Assembly: GCA_043797085.1 (NCBI GenBank) | Contig: JAZDQA010000005.1 | Location: 1-64,000 of the forward strand | Direction of reading: 5' to 3' | Origin: Pseudomonadota bacterium | GTDB taxonomy: Bacteria; Campylobacterota; Campylobacteria; Campylobacterales; Sulfurimonadaceae | Length of the DNA: 64,000 nt | Part shown: one piece after another, positions 36,663-46,465 of the stretch | Position numbering within the stretch: the stretch's first letter is position 1 | Layout of the letters: every line of letters starts with the position of its first letter | Notes under the pieces: model-generated | The model's input: only the letters and a program-made list of their open reading frames with translations | Databases searched by the model: none | What the model was told of the DNA's origin: nothing | Program-made: the position numbers and the translations under genes

Positions 36663-36879
36663 TCTTGATTTTTTGAAAGACTTCTTTCCCATCTATTGGG
36701 GTGATTGTTCCTGAATCGAGTATTTGAACACGTTTTTCAATCTCTAGTTTCCATAACTCTTCAACAATCTCTGAGTGAGGGTTTAAACTTGAAAATAATT
36801 TTTCAATCAATTTTGTTTTGAGATCAATAGGCATAAAATCCACTTGTGATAAGAGCTGGTTTGTGTCTAGTGCCACCAT
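36652..36879 (-). CDS. Putative addiction-module antitoxin component
   Basis: 75 aa, L...L..SL....E.W..EIEKR...G.....G.EVF pattern. Confidence 0.8.
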   Translation of the reverse strand: MVALDTNQLLSQVDFMPIDLKTKLIEKLFSSLNPHSEIVEELWKLEIEKRVQILDSGTITPIDGKEVFQKIKNRL

Positions 36880-37150
36880 GATATACGCCCTTTTAATGAA
36901 ATATTTATTCTACGAATATTATAGCTAAAACAGGAGAATTCAAAATACTATTTCATTAAAAAGCGTACGAATTACATCCATTTCAGCGTTTGAGAGTACC
37001 TCTAGCTTTTGTAACACTAGTTCTTAATCATGTTTAATATTTAGTTTATTAAACTGTTTATTGCTGATAGTGAAAATAAACAAATATTAGTATAAATTTA
37101 TTTTTATTACGATAGCATCTTCTCAAAGAAATTCAAATGGAGACTTTCGA

Positions 37151-38218
37151 ATGATTAAAAAAATTAAACTTGGGCTTATTGCTTCAGCTATCTTGGCATC
37201 TTCTACGCTTTTTGCAGAAGGAACTCAAGAAACAATCTTTTTTATTGGGGATGATTTAAAAACAGGTATATCCTATAAAAATGTGAGATACCCAGTAGCA
37301 GGAAAAAAAGGGATGTATTTTGGAAGTAATTATAATAAAAATAATTTATCTTATATTAAACCAAATAACTATTCTTGGTCAAAAGAAAGCCAAAATGGAA
37401 AGATAAATGATTTGCTGTCTTTTCCAAATACAAATTCATATGCTTATCTTGAAAGAATAAGTCTAAAAGATAATTTAGGGCTTTTAAATGTAAATAATTT
37501 AGGAGAAAAAGAAGATGGTAGCTACTATGTTGTTCTTGATGGTGGAAGCTGTACAGGAACTGATTGCTTGGCAGATGAAAATATAATTTCTGTTGTTGTT
37601 CCAAAACGATTTAAAATAGTCTCCTATGAGGCAAAAGAAAAAAGAAATGAAGAATATAAATATAATGCCGATGCTGATTTTAAATTAATCGATAATACTT
37701 TAACTTTATACACGAATAATCTGCAAGGAGCTTATGTTAGACTTTGGTTTAAAGATACCTCTTTGGCTTCCGCTATCTATAAAAATGTTTCCGATTCCCT
37801 TGCAAAATTCTCAGATATTAGTGTGTCAAAAACAGATACAACAACAACAATTTCAATGCCTATGGATAATGTTTTCACAATTGGAAAAGCTAATATGAAT
37901 AATCTCGGTAAAGAATGGATGGCTACTCTTGCTGAGACACTAAAAGAACAATCTTTCAAAGAAATTCGAGTTGAAGGGCATACGGATAATGTTCCTATGA
38001 AAGGCGGAGCATATCCTTCCAACTGGGAACTTTCCTCTGCTAGAGCATCAGATGCAGTTAAATTTATGATTTCAAAAGGGATTGATTCTAAAAGTATTGC
38101 TGCTGTCGGATACGCAGATACCCATCCTTTGGTAGCAAATGACACAAAAGAAAATCGTGCCAAAAATAGAAGAATAGAAATAACTATTGTAGGAAATTCA
38201 GAAAAGGCGGCTGATTAA
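37151..38218 (+). CDS. Exported protein with C-terminal OmpA/MotB peptidoglycan-binding domain
   Basis: Signal peptide; EGHTDN, NWELSSARA, NRRIEI; unrecognised N-terminal domain. Confidence 0.85.
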   Translation: MIKKIKLGLIASAILASSTLFAEGTQETIFFIGDDLKTGISYKNVRYPVAGKKGMYFGSNYNKNNLSYIKPNNYSWSKESQNGKINDLLSFPNTNSYAYLERISLKDNLGLLNVNNLGEKEDGSYYVVLDGGSCTGTDCLADENIISVVVPKRFKIVSYEAKEKRNEEYKYNADADFKLIDNTLTLYTNNLQGAYVRLWFKDTSLASAIYKNVSDSLAKFSDISVSKTDTTTTISMPMDNVFTIGKANMNNLGKEWMATLAETLKEQSFKEIRVEGHTDNVPMKGGAYPSNWELSSARASDAVKFMISKGIDSKSIAAVGYADTHPLVANDTKENRAKNRRIEITIVGNSEKAAD

Positions 38219-38244
38219 AGCCTCTTAGATTTTAAAAATATCTT

Positions 38245-38275
38245 CTCTCGTTCCAACTTTCCAAGTGGAAGAGAG
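38245..38275. terminator. Hairpin between convergent genes (terminator or degenerate REP)
   Basis: CTCTCgTTCCA...TGGAAGAGAG. Confidence 0.45.
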
Positions 38276-38288
38276 GGATGTTTGTTAT

Positions 38289-38603
38289 CTATTCGTGAAA
38301 AATAAAACAGTGATTGCGTGAGAGATACCATGTTGCGATGGCATAATCGTTGTATTCGTATTCACGTTGAGCGAGGGGAATTGAGTCGTTGCGCAGTTTG
38401 GAGCGGAGGATTCCAAAGAGTATAAAGCCCAATAAAAGCGTTCCAATAGCGATAAACCAATCGCTTTTCCACCATACTAAAAGGGCTAATGCATAATTTC
38501 CATAGCTCAAAGCCCATCCCAAACAACGTGCCATAAATCGACACCTGCGTGTCGGAAGGGTTGGGGTTGGGTCAATGTGGAAGGTAAAAGGTTCATTATT
38601 CAT
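38289..38603 (-). CDS. Hypothetical membrane protein
   Basis: 104 aa, two TM segments. Confidence 0.7.
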   Translation of the reverse strand: MNNEPFTFHIDPTPTLPTRRCRFMARCLGWALSYGNYALALLVWWKSDWFIAIGTLLLGFILFGILRSKLRNDSIPLAQREYEYNDYAIATWYLSRNHCFIFHE

Positions 38604-38625
38604 AGGGCGAATTATAGCGAAATAG

Positions 38626-40647
38626 TCATATCCTTTTTGTACTTAGGGTGACTTGTGCAGATTTTAAAGCAGTTTGAAATGAAAAAGGGTCGTTAATGGT
38701 GGGGACTAACGTATTTATCGGAGCTTTCGGATAGCCAAAAGGGGCAAAGAGATGGCGTGAGGCGAGTTCTCCAAAACGAATAGGCAACTCAAGCTGTCCA
38801 AGTTCATTGGAAACTATAACGCTGTCACCTTCATTTAGATTCATCGCAAGTGCTTCGGAAGCATTCATAAGCAGATATGGATGTTCTTCGTCTTTTAAGA
38901 GTTCATCGACCAATCCTGTTCGGGTCATGGTGTGCCATTGTTTTTTGGTTCTTCCTGTAATGAGGACATAGTGTTCATCAGCAAGAGTTAAAGTAGAGGA
39001 GATGATGGGGTGAAACTGTACTTTGCCCGATGTTGTTGGAAATATCTCATCGGTATAAAGGCGTTCTCCTCCCCATTGATAGGAGAGGGTGTCATACTCT
39101 TGTGTGCTTTGGTCGCATAATCGTTTTGCGGTTAGGGCTTTGTACTCATCGTACACGTCTTGGGTATTAGGGTACTCAAATCCGCTCAATCCTAGTTTTC
39201 TGGCAATATCACAAATAATATCAAGGTCGCTTTTCGCTCCCGATGGCGGAGATTTAAACGGACGTACGCGTTTGATGAAACGTTCTGAGTTGGTCATGCT
39301 CCCCTCTTTTTCACCCCATCCGAAAGTTGGCAATACCAAGTTCGCTAAAGCTGTTGTTTCGCTCATGACGCAATCTTGAACGACTAAAAAAAGATCAGGA
39401 GATTCAAGTGCGCGTTTGGTTTTTGCGACATCGCTCAGGCTTAGGAGAGGATTGGTGCAAGCGACCCATAAAAATTTGGTTTTATCGCAGAGTATGGAAT
39501 CCACGGCTTCGGTAATGGTGATTCCTACCTCTGGTGAGATGGCATTTTTTGGAAGGTTCCAGTGAGTTTCACAGGCGATTCGGTCATGGTTATTTCGAAC
39601 ATCACGGTATCCTGGTAGGGCATTGGAAAGATAGCCTGTCTCTCGCCCTCCCATAGCATTGGGTTGACCTGTCAGAGATAAAGGTGAGCCTTTGGTGGCA
39701 TTTAGTCTGCCTGTTGCTAAAAAGAGATTGATAAAACCGATGTTGCGCATCACGCCATCATGTGCTTGGTTGAGTCCTTGACACCACAGACCGAGTATTT
39801 TTTTATTTGATCCCAGCGCTTGAAGGAGTTGTTCGGAGGCTTCTATGGGTATACCGCATGATTTGATGGCATCGAGATAGGGAGTTTTAAGGGCTTCGAC
39901 CAAAGTGTTTTCAAATCCTTGCGAGGAACGTTGGATGAAATCGATGTCGCACTGATTTCGTCGATAGAGTTCACCTAAGAGTGTATTGTAAAACAGGGTA
40001 TCACTTCCGCTGTGCAGACCAATCCAAAGGTCGCTTTTTTGCGCCGTTTCGGTACGGATAGGATCAATAGTGATGATGAGTGTATCGGGATGAGATTTTT
40101 TACGTGCCAAGATGCGTCGAAATACAATCGGATGTGCCCATGCAGGGTTCGAACCGCTGATGAGTATCACATCGGCATTATCAATGTCTTGGTAATTACC
40201 TACTGGACCGTCGCTTCCAAAAACCATTTTGTGGGCTGTCACGGCGCTTGCCATACATAGCCGTGAGTTGGCATCGACGTTGTTGGTTCCTAAATGCCCT
40301 TTAATCAGTTTAGTAAAAAGATAGCTCTCTTCAGTCAGAAGCTGTCCTGAGAGGTAAAAATAGAGCTCTTCTTTGGAGCGAGAAGTAATATTTTGAGCAA
40401 CAAGATCGATGGCTTTATCCCAAGAAATTTCTTCAAACAAAGCATTTTTATCTTCTCGGTATAACGGTGCATGTATGCGGGAGGTATCAAGTGCTTTTGC
40501 CATTTGAATGGGTTTAAAACACAAATCACCATGGGTGGAGGGGTTGGTTTTATCTCCTTTTACCTTATAGCCTTTATCGGTGCATTCTACGGTTAAAGCA
40601 CACCCTGTACCGCAAAACGGACACCCAGTAGAGATGGAATTACTCAT
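38626..40647 (-). CDS. Assimilatory nitrate reductase catalytic subunit (NarB/NasA type)
   Basis: CPFCGTGC..C 4Fe-4S motif, NSRLCMASA, TGQPNAMGGRE, WHTMTRTG; no Tat signal. Confidence 0.9.
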   Translation of the reverse strand: MSNSISTGCPFCGTGCALTVECTDKGYKVKGDKTNPSTHGDLCFKPIQMAKALDTSRIHAPLYREDKNALFEEISWDKAIDLVAQNITSRSKEELYFYLSGQLLTEESYLFTKLIKGHLGTNNVDANSRLCMASAVTAHKMVFGSDGPVGNYQDIDNADVILISGSNPAWAHPIVFRRILARKKSHPDTLIITIDPIRTETAQKSDLWIGLHSGSDTLFYNTLLGELYRRNQCDIDFIQRSSQGFENTLVEALKTPYLDAIKSCGIPIEASEQLLQALGSNKKILGLWCQGLNQAHDGVMRNIGFINLFLATGRLNATKGSPLSLTGQPNAMGGRETGYLSNALPGYRDVRNNHDRIACETHWNLPKNAISPEVGITITEAVDSILCDKTKFLWVACTNPLLSLSDVAKTKRALESPDLFLVVQDCVMSETTALANLVLPTFGWGEKEGSMTNSERFIKRVRPFKSPPSGAKSDLDIICDIARKLGLSGFEYPNTQDVYDEYKALTAKRLCDQSTQEYDTLSYQWGGERLYTDEIFPTTSGKVQFHPIISSTLTLADEHYVLITGRTKKQWHTMTRTGLVDELLKDEEHPYLLMNASEALAMNLNEGDSVIVSNELGQLELPIRFGELASRHLFAPFGYPKAPINTLVPTINDPFSFQTALKSAQVTLSTKRI

Positions 40648-40649
40648 CG

Positions 40650-42290
40650 TTAGATCCGATCAAAGGTCTGAAAATCATGGTTAGACTCATGTGTCATGGT
40701 ATAGTTGTGGCGTACGATTTCGGCAATCTCGCTGATCTCATAGTAGGAACGAAGACGTTTAATAAACTGTTCCAAACTTTCACCATCGCATCGAGTATCC
40801 CGATAGAGTTTCATCAACTCCGCCACATAGTGGGGTGCCTCTTCGAGTACGATCCCTTTTAGAAAGAGTTTTGCCTCTTCGTCATTGTGGCTGAGACTTC
40901 CGCCGAGGAAGATATCGACTCCAAGGGTCGTTTTCCCATCACGAGGAACTTTGCATCCCACAAATCCCAAATCTCCCGCACCGTGGATTCCGCACCCTTT
41001 GATGCATGCTGACCAATACAGGCGTACTTTTGCATTATCAATCGGGACATGTTGGCTTAAATACTCACTCATGACAATCGCATCGGGTTTTCCGGGAATT
41101 ACGCCAAAGGGGCAGTGTTCGCTTCCGGCGCACGCGATGAGGTTTGCCATATACGGCGATGGTCGGTTGGGGTATTTGAGAAAGAGCGGTGATTCAAGGG
41201 CGGTGATTTCATCACGAATCCCGCTTAGGATGAGGTTTTGCTCGATGGTGAGACGGATGGCTCCGTTTTGGGATTCGGCGATACGGGCGGCTTCCATTAA
41301 ATCACTTCCGCTAAACACTCCACTAGGGACAGCTGCATAGAGGGCAAAGGTTCCGTCTTTAAGCTCAATTCGGCCGTAATGATCTCCACCTTCGGCATCA
41401 CACAGTGTCGTCCCCGCTTGAGGCATCTCAATCCTGAGTGATTCGATAATGGCACTGCGAAATTCCTCCATACCGACGGCATCAATGAGGAATTTGAGAC
41501 GGTTTTTGTTTCGATTATCCCGAAACCCGTAGGTTTTAAAGAGCGATGCAACGGCTATAAATACCGATTTTGCCTGCGCTGGTAGAACAAACATATCGGC
41601 ACTTTGGGCGAGATGCCCGACGCGTCCTCCCAGATAGAGATTAAACCCGTATTCTTCCTCTTTTTGGGCGAGGGCGAGGGCGAAGTCTTGACCGAAGATG
41701 TTGCAGCGGTTAGAGAGCGAGCCGTTGATGCCGATGTTGAATTTACGAGGAAGGGTGGTGATCCACTCTTCTTGTTTTAAAAATACTCCTTGAATCTCTT
41801 GGAGGATGCTTTTGCAGGAGAGTATGTTATCCATCGCTAATCCATCGAGCGGGTCGAGGAGGATGTTGCGGAAATTATCGACTCCGGTTTGATAACTGGT
41901 GAGTCCGACACTCTCCAGCAGGGCGAGTGCTTCAGGGAGATCTTCGATACTAACATAGCGCAGTTCGATTTGCTGGCGGGTAGTGAGATCGATGTAGTCG
42001 CGTCCGAAACGTTGTGCGACATCTGCCAATACGGATGCTTGGTGGGATGTGAGGGCACCTCCGGCGATCCGTACACGAATCATAAACCGCTCAGGAGTAG
42101 CAGGGCGGTCAAAGACACCAAAACTTTTGAGGACAAAATCTTTGTCTTCGTCGGTGATGGAAGCATACCCTGTTTTGGAATATCGAATCAGCCGTTCCCA
42201 TGCTTCGGTAGCGTTAAAAGCGTCTTTAATGGTTTCGGTTTTGTGGCGTTTTACACTGCGCGCTTCATTAGCCTGCATTAGCGATGTCAT
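40650..42290 (-). CDS. nirA: Ferredoxin--nitrite reductase
   Basis: DLTTRQ, LPRKFN, CAGSEHC, SACIKGC; start at MTSL (AAGGAG RBS). Confidence 0.88.
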   Translation of the reverse strand: MTSLMQANEARSVKRHKTETIKDAFNATEAWERLIRYSKTGYASITDEDKDFVLKSFGVFDRPATPERFMIRVRIAGGALTSHQASVLADVAQRFGRDYIDLTTRQQIELRYVSIEDLPEALALLESVGLTSYQTGVDNFRNILLDPLDGLAMDNILSCKSILQEIQGVFLKQEEWITTLPRKFNIGINGSLSNRCNIFGQDFALALAQKEEEYGFNLYLGGRVGHLAQSADMFVLPAQAKSVFIAVASLFKTYGFRDNRNKNRLKFLIDAVGMEEFRSAIIESLRIEMPQAGTTLCDAEGGDHYGRIELKDGTFALYAAVPSGVFSGSDLMEAARIAESQNGAIRLTIEQNLILSGIRDEITALESPLFLKYPNRPSPYMANLIACAGSEHCPFGVIPGKPDAIVMSEYLSQHVPIDNAKVRLYWSACIKGCGIHGAGDLGFVGCKVPRDGKTTLGVDIFLGGSLSHNDEEAKLFLKGIVLEEAPHYVAELMKLYRDTRCDGESLEQFIKRLRSYYEISEIAEIVRHNYTMTHESNHDFQTFDRI

Positions 42291-43044
42291 GTGCGGTCTC
42301 CTTGATTTCATGGATGTATTTTGGAAGTTTGGATTCGAGTGCGACGACATCACCAAAAATGATGATGGCAGGTTTGGGTGCTTTTTTGGCAGCTTTAGGC
42401 AAATCTAACAGTGTCGTGATAATCGTGCTTTGATACTGTGTTGTAGCATTGGAAACGATAGCGACATTGAGTGCAGGGCTAATCCCTTTATTCAGTGCCT
42501 CGGCTGTAATTTGCTCTGCACGGCTGAGACCCATCAAAACGATTGTTGTATGGTTCTTCATATTTAGCAAGGGTATCCATTCCAAATTCACTCGATCACC
42601 TGCTAGATGAGCGGATACAATCGACATTCCCGTGGCATATCCGCGTGCAGTCGGGGCGATTCCGGCTGAGAGCGGACCGCAGAGTGCTGAAGATATCCCC
42701 GGAATTACTTCGGTATGAATACCGTGTTCCATCGCATAAATGGCTTCTTCCGTTCCGCGTCCGAAAATATAGGGGTCACCGCACTTGAGACGACCGATAT
42801 TTAAACCGCTTAGGGCATACTTGGCAATGAGGATATTAATCTCCTCTTGGGTTGAACTGTGGCGACCTTTTTCTTTTCCAACGAAGACAACTTTGGTCTG
42901 CAATGGAATCAAATCAATGATCTCTTGGGTAAGGAGATGATCGATCAGGGCAACATCGAGTTTTTGAATAGTTTTTAGGGCTTTGAGGGTTAGCAAGTCG
43001 GCATCTCCCGGTCCGCATCCAATCAAATAAAGGTGTCCGCTCAT
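42268..43044 (-). CDS. cobA: Uroporphyrinogen-III C-methyltransferase
   Basis: GCGPGD.DLLTLKA, RLKCGDPYIFGRG, PGISS. Confidence 0.92.
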   Translation of the reverse strand: MSGHLYLIGCGPGDADLLTLKALKTIQKLDVALIDHLLTQEIIDLIPLQTKVVFVGKEKGRHSSTQEEINILIAKYALSGLNIGRLKCGDPYIFGRGTEEAIYAMEHGIHTEVIPGISSALCGPLSAGIAPTARGYATGMSIVSAHLAGDRVNLEWIPLLNMKNHTTIVLMGLSRAEQITAEALNKGISPALNVAIVSNATTQYQSTIITTLLDLPKAAKKAPKPAIIIFGDVVALESKLPKYIHEIKETAHDIANAG

Positions 43045-43079
43045 CGTATTTTCCTTATTAGGACTTTTTAATCTTCAAA

Positions 43080-43121
43080 ATAATAGTGTAAAATGAGGTT
43101 TAGAAATACAATAAATTGATT
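43080..43121 (-). promoter_or_regulatory. Candidate operator AATCA-N5-TTGTA plus -10 for cobA-nirA-narB
   Basis: Motif at 43107-43121, then 21 nt, then TATTAT; same arrangement upstream of nrtA. Confidence 0.45.
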
Positions 43122-43145
43122 ATTTTTTAAGCACAAAGGAATGTT

Positions 43146-43721
43146 ATGGCACTTTTCCCCATGTTCGTTGATTTGAAAGATCAAGATTGTCTCGTAATCG
43201 GTGCAGGTGAAGTGGCACTTCGTAAAATTGAGCAACTGGTGAAGTTCGCACCAAACCTCACGGTCATAGCACCAGCTATACATGAAGAAATACACACCTT
43301 GGCACAAGCGTATTCAATCATCATTATCCAGCGAGAGTACGGTTTAGAAGATTGTGAAAATCGATTTTTGGTTATTGGTGCATTGGATGATCTGGGTGAG
43401 CAGGAAAAAATTTATGCTGCTTGTATGTCATTGAAAATTCCCGTCAACTGTGTTGATTCTCCGGCATTGTGCAGTTTTATTTTTCCTGCCTTGATTGTTG
43501 AGGGAGATTTGTGCGTGGGGATTAATACCTCTGGGAAGGCACCTGCTGTGAGTTCGGCGTTGCGTCAGTATCTTACGACTTTGATTCCGCAGGGGATCGG
43601 GGCTCTTATTGATTGGGTGCATGGTATTCGTCAAAGTGAACCCGTAGGAAAGGAACGCCAAGAGAAGATTATCGGAATATGTCGGGAGTTTTTTAAGTTG
43701 TCACCTGATGTTACACACTAA
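43146..43721 (+). CDS. Precorrin-2 dehydrogenase/sirohydrochlorin ferrochelatase (CysG N-terminal/Met8-like)
   Basis: FPMF, GAGEVA.RK, VNCVD....C.FIFP, TSGKAP. Confidence 0.88.
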   Translation: MALFPMFVDLKDQDCLVIGAGEVALRKIEQLVKFAPNLTVIAPAIHEEIHTLAQAYSIIIIQREYGLEDCENRFLVIGALDDLGEQEKIYAACMSLKIPVNCVDSPALCSFIFPALIVEGDLCVGINTSGKAPAVSSALRQYLTTLIPQGIGALIDWVHGIRQSEPVGKERQEKIIGICREFFKLSPDVTH

Positions 43722-43796
43722 AACGAACTGGTCCGTTTTAGTGGCAGGGACACATGTCCCTTGCATCCCCCTAAAGCTACCAGTATAAATACTGGA
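43705..43796. repeat. Multi-hairpin element starting with CTGATGTTACACA
   Basis: 13-nt identity to the left end of the 48.7-kb element; hairpins CACTAAAACG/CGTTTTAGTG, AGGGACA/TGTCCCT, CCAGTAT/ATACTGG. Confidence 0.6.
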
Positions 43797-43853
43797 GAGT
43801 AATAAAGTTTTAGAATTGCTGGGTATGCTTGGCTAAAAAAAAGGAGCTCTTGA

Positions 43854-44297
43854 ATGTTGAACTGGAAAGAAGTATTGAGATTGGGAAAAGAAGGGAATTT
43901 AACTCCCGATAAGCGTGTTGAAAAAACACCGCAGGAATGGCGTGAAATACTCAGTGAAGAGGAATTTCGTGTAACGCGTCAAGCAGGGACAGAGAGAGCT
44001 TTTAGCTCGTCAATGTGTACTCTTTTCGAACCGGGAGTTTATGCGTGTGTTTGTTGCGGTACGCTGCTTTTTGATGCGACGGAAAAGTTTGATTCGGGTA
44101 CGGGCTGGCCGTCGTTTACTCAGCCGATTCAAGCTAATGCAATCGCCTACAACGCAGACCACTCTCATGGAATGACGCGCGTTGAGACAGTGTGCAACAC
44201 ATGCGATGCCCATCTGGGACATGTATTTCCCGATGGTCCACCTCCAAGCGGATTACGTTATTGTATGAATGCGGTGGCGTTGAAAAAAGTGCATTAG
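43854..44297 (+). CDS. msrB: Peptide-methionine (R)-S-oxide reductase
   Basis: GTERAF, SGTGWPSF, HLGHVF.DGP, RYCMN. Confidence 0.96.
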   Translation: MLNWKEVLRLGKEGNLTPDKRVEKTPQEWREILSEEEFRVTRQAGTERAFSSSMCTLFEPGVYACVCCGTLLFDATEKFDSGTGWPSFTQPIQANAIAYNADHSHGMTRVETVCNTCDAHLGHVFPDGPPPSGLRYCMNAVALKKVH

Positions 44298-45544
44298 AAT
44301 TTATAGCCCACTTGAAGCCATACTTTTGTGACATCTTTGCTGTAGGTTACAACATCGCCGCCGTCATAATAAGCGGCTTTGATTAAACCGTTTAGCCCTT
44401 TTACACCAGGGATGGCATTGGCGTATTGGATATCCCATTCGCTTCCCAGATCACTTTTTCCGCTCATGGCTACATCGGTTTCAAAATCATGATAGGTAAT
44501 CGTCGCATTGCCCAATCCTGCAGCACCGTATCCGAGGCTTACACTGGTATCACACAGTCCTCCAGTTGGAGTGGCAAGAAACTTATCCGCTGTCCCGTTA
44601 AATTTGTGTAAGGTTGCCAGTGGTGTTTGAAATTTAGTTTTTCCGTCACTTCCCGTGGTTCCGCTTAAGAACTCATACCCCGTACCCAAACTAACACCCA
44701 TCATGCTTGCTGTTGCTTCGAGATCGTAGTAGGATGCATCGTTTTGTCCTTGAATGTTCGTCGTAGTGGTATCAAACGTCGAATCACCTTGTTTGGCATA
44801 CTCTGCACGGTAACCGATTTTAGCCCCTGCTGAGAGAACATCACCGCTGAGGACCACTCCATAGGTATCGGCTGAAAATTGCCCTTTTTCCAAAGAGAGC
44901 ATGTAATCATAGGCCGTGACTTTCAGCATCTCATTAATTTTATACGCTGCATTCAGAAGAACCGAGTCGCTGTCTTGTGTTGGTTCATCAAATACCGTTG
45001 CATAGCTATACACGTATGCTCCATAGAGACTTAATCCTGCAATGGAGGTATTCGTAAGCGACAGGGCATCCAAACTTTGCGGCATTTGTCTCCAATCGAC
45101 GGAGCCGATAAAGCGCTGATTATCAAGATTGCTGATTTGACGACCTGCTTTAAGGGTCGTTGTCCCCATTTTATACTGAACGTACCCTTGTGTAAAGCGG
45201 GTTTGTTCTGGATCGGCAACAACATCGTAATTGCTAAACTTCGTCGGTGAGAGGTCATTGTATTTGGTACCGCCGAGGGTTTGTACAGTGGTTCCATCCA
45301 CTTTCATACTCAATCCATCAACTCCTAACAGAGTGGTTTCAAGACCCAGCGTTGCTCGGAGCGTATAGGCATTGGCTTGTTGTACCGCATTGTTTTTATC
45401 ATCAACGTTTTCATAACGGGCACGTATTTCTCCGTTGTATTTGGTATTACTAAAGAGGGTAAAGCTGTCATCTGCACTTAGTGTACTTGTAAATGTACTT
45501 ACAAGAGAGAGAACAGCCACAGCGGGTAAAGTAATTTTTTTCAT
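44294..45544 (-). CDS. Outer-membrane beta-barrel porin (alginate-export-like)
   Basis: Signal peptide, R.RYE, GRQ..NLDNQRFIG.VDWRQ, terminal YKF. Confidence 0.8.
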   Translation of the reverse strand: MKKITLPAVAVLSLVSTFTSTLSADDSFTLFSNTKYNGEIRARYENVDDKNNAVQQANAYTLRATLGLETTLLGVDGLSMKVDGTTVQTLGGTKYNDLSPTKFSNYDVVADPEQTRFTQGYVQYKMGTTTLKAGRQISNLDNQRFIGSVDWRQMPQSLDALSLTNTSIAGLSLYGAYVYSYATVFDEPTQDSDSVLLNAAYKINEMLKVTAYDYMLSLEKGQFSADTYGVVLSGDVLSAGAKIGYRAEYAKQGDSTFDTTTTNIQGQNDASYYDLEATASMMGVSLGTGYEFLSGTTGSDGKTKFQTPLATLHKFNGTADKFLATPTGGLCDTSVSLGYGAAGLGNATITYHDFETDVAMSGKSDLGSEWDIQYANAIPGVKGLNGLIKAAYYDGGDVVTYSKDVTKVWLQVGYKF

Positions 45545-45667
45545 AGATAGTTCCTTTATATTAATTTAACGCTATCGGAGCAAAAGCCCCGATTAGCTAC
45601 GCTAACGCTAAGTTTACCCACAGGGGGCACAATGTACTTCGGCAGTAAGCCCACCAAAATTTTATGA

Positions 45668-46465
45668 TTAGTCTTCATGTTTTGCAAATTTAGAGTAAAG
45701 AAACTCGACAATAGCTCCACGACATCGTAGATACTCTTCGTTGTGTTGTAGTTCTAAACGATTTCGCGGACGGGGAAGGTTCACTTCCAATATCTCGCCA
45801 ATGGTAGCCTCCGGTCCATTGGTCATCATAATGACGCGGTCGCTGAGTAAGACCGCTTCATCGACATCATGGGTGATGATGATGACGGTATTACCGGTTT
45901 GCATCTGAATACGCATCAAATGATCCTGCAAGTTGGCGCGGGTCAGTGAGTCGAGTGCTCCAAACGGCTCATCCATCAACAGCACTTTTGGCTCGATGGA
46001 GAGGGCTCGGGCGATTCCGACACGCTGCTTCATCCCACCGCTGATTTCAGCCGGATATTTGTCTTTGGCGTGATCGAGATTGACGAGATCGATATAGCGC
46101 ATCACATGGTCACGTACTTCTTTGGGGTGAAGATCATCTCTTACTTTTTTGACCGCCATCTCGATGTTTTGATAGACGGTCAACCACGGCAACAGGGAAT
46201 GGTTTTGAAACACCACCGCACGCTCAGGCCCGGGGGCATTGATTTCTCGGTCTTCGAGCAATATGACACCATTGGTGATCGTATCCAGACCTGCGATGAG
46301 GTTGAGAATCGTTGATTTACCGCATCCGGAGTGACCGATGATGGAGACAATCTCATTTTCACGGATTTCAAGTTTCACATCCCGCAATGCGACGTACTCT
46401 TTACCTTTTCCCAAAGGAAATATTTTATCGACATGATCGATGTTTAAAAAGGGTTTTGCACTCAT
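45668..46465 (-). CDS. Nitrate ABC transporter ATP-binding subunit (NrtD-like)
   Basis: GHSGCGKST, VFQNHSLLPW, ISGGMKQR, DEPFGALD. Confidence 0.92.
   Translation of the reverse strand: MSAKPFLNIDHVDKIFPLGKGKEYVALRDVKLEIRENEIVSIIGHSGCGKSTILNLIAGLDTITNGVILLEDREINAPGPERAVVFQNHSLLPWLTVYQNIEMAVKKVRDDLHPKEVRDHVMRYIDLVNLDHAKDKYPAEISGGMKQRVGIARALSIEPKVLLMDEPFGALDSLTRANLQDHLMRIQMQTGNTVIIITHDVDEAVLLSDRVIMMTNGPEATIGEILEVNLPRPRNRLELQHNEEYLRCRGAIVEFLYSKFAKHED

Noticed and set aside
37151..38218. Zorya ZorB or flagellar MotB
   Set aside because: No ZorA/MotA partner and no N-terminal TM helix with the conserved Asp
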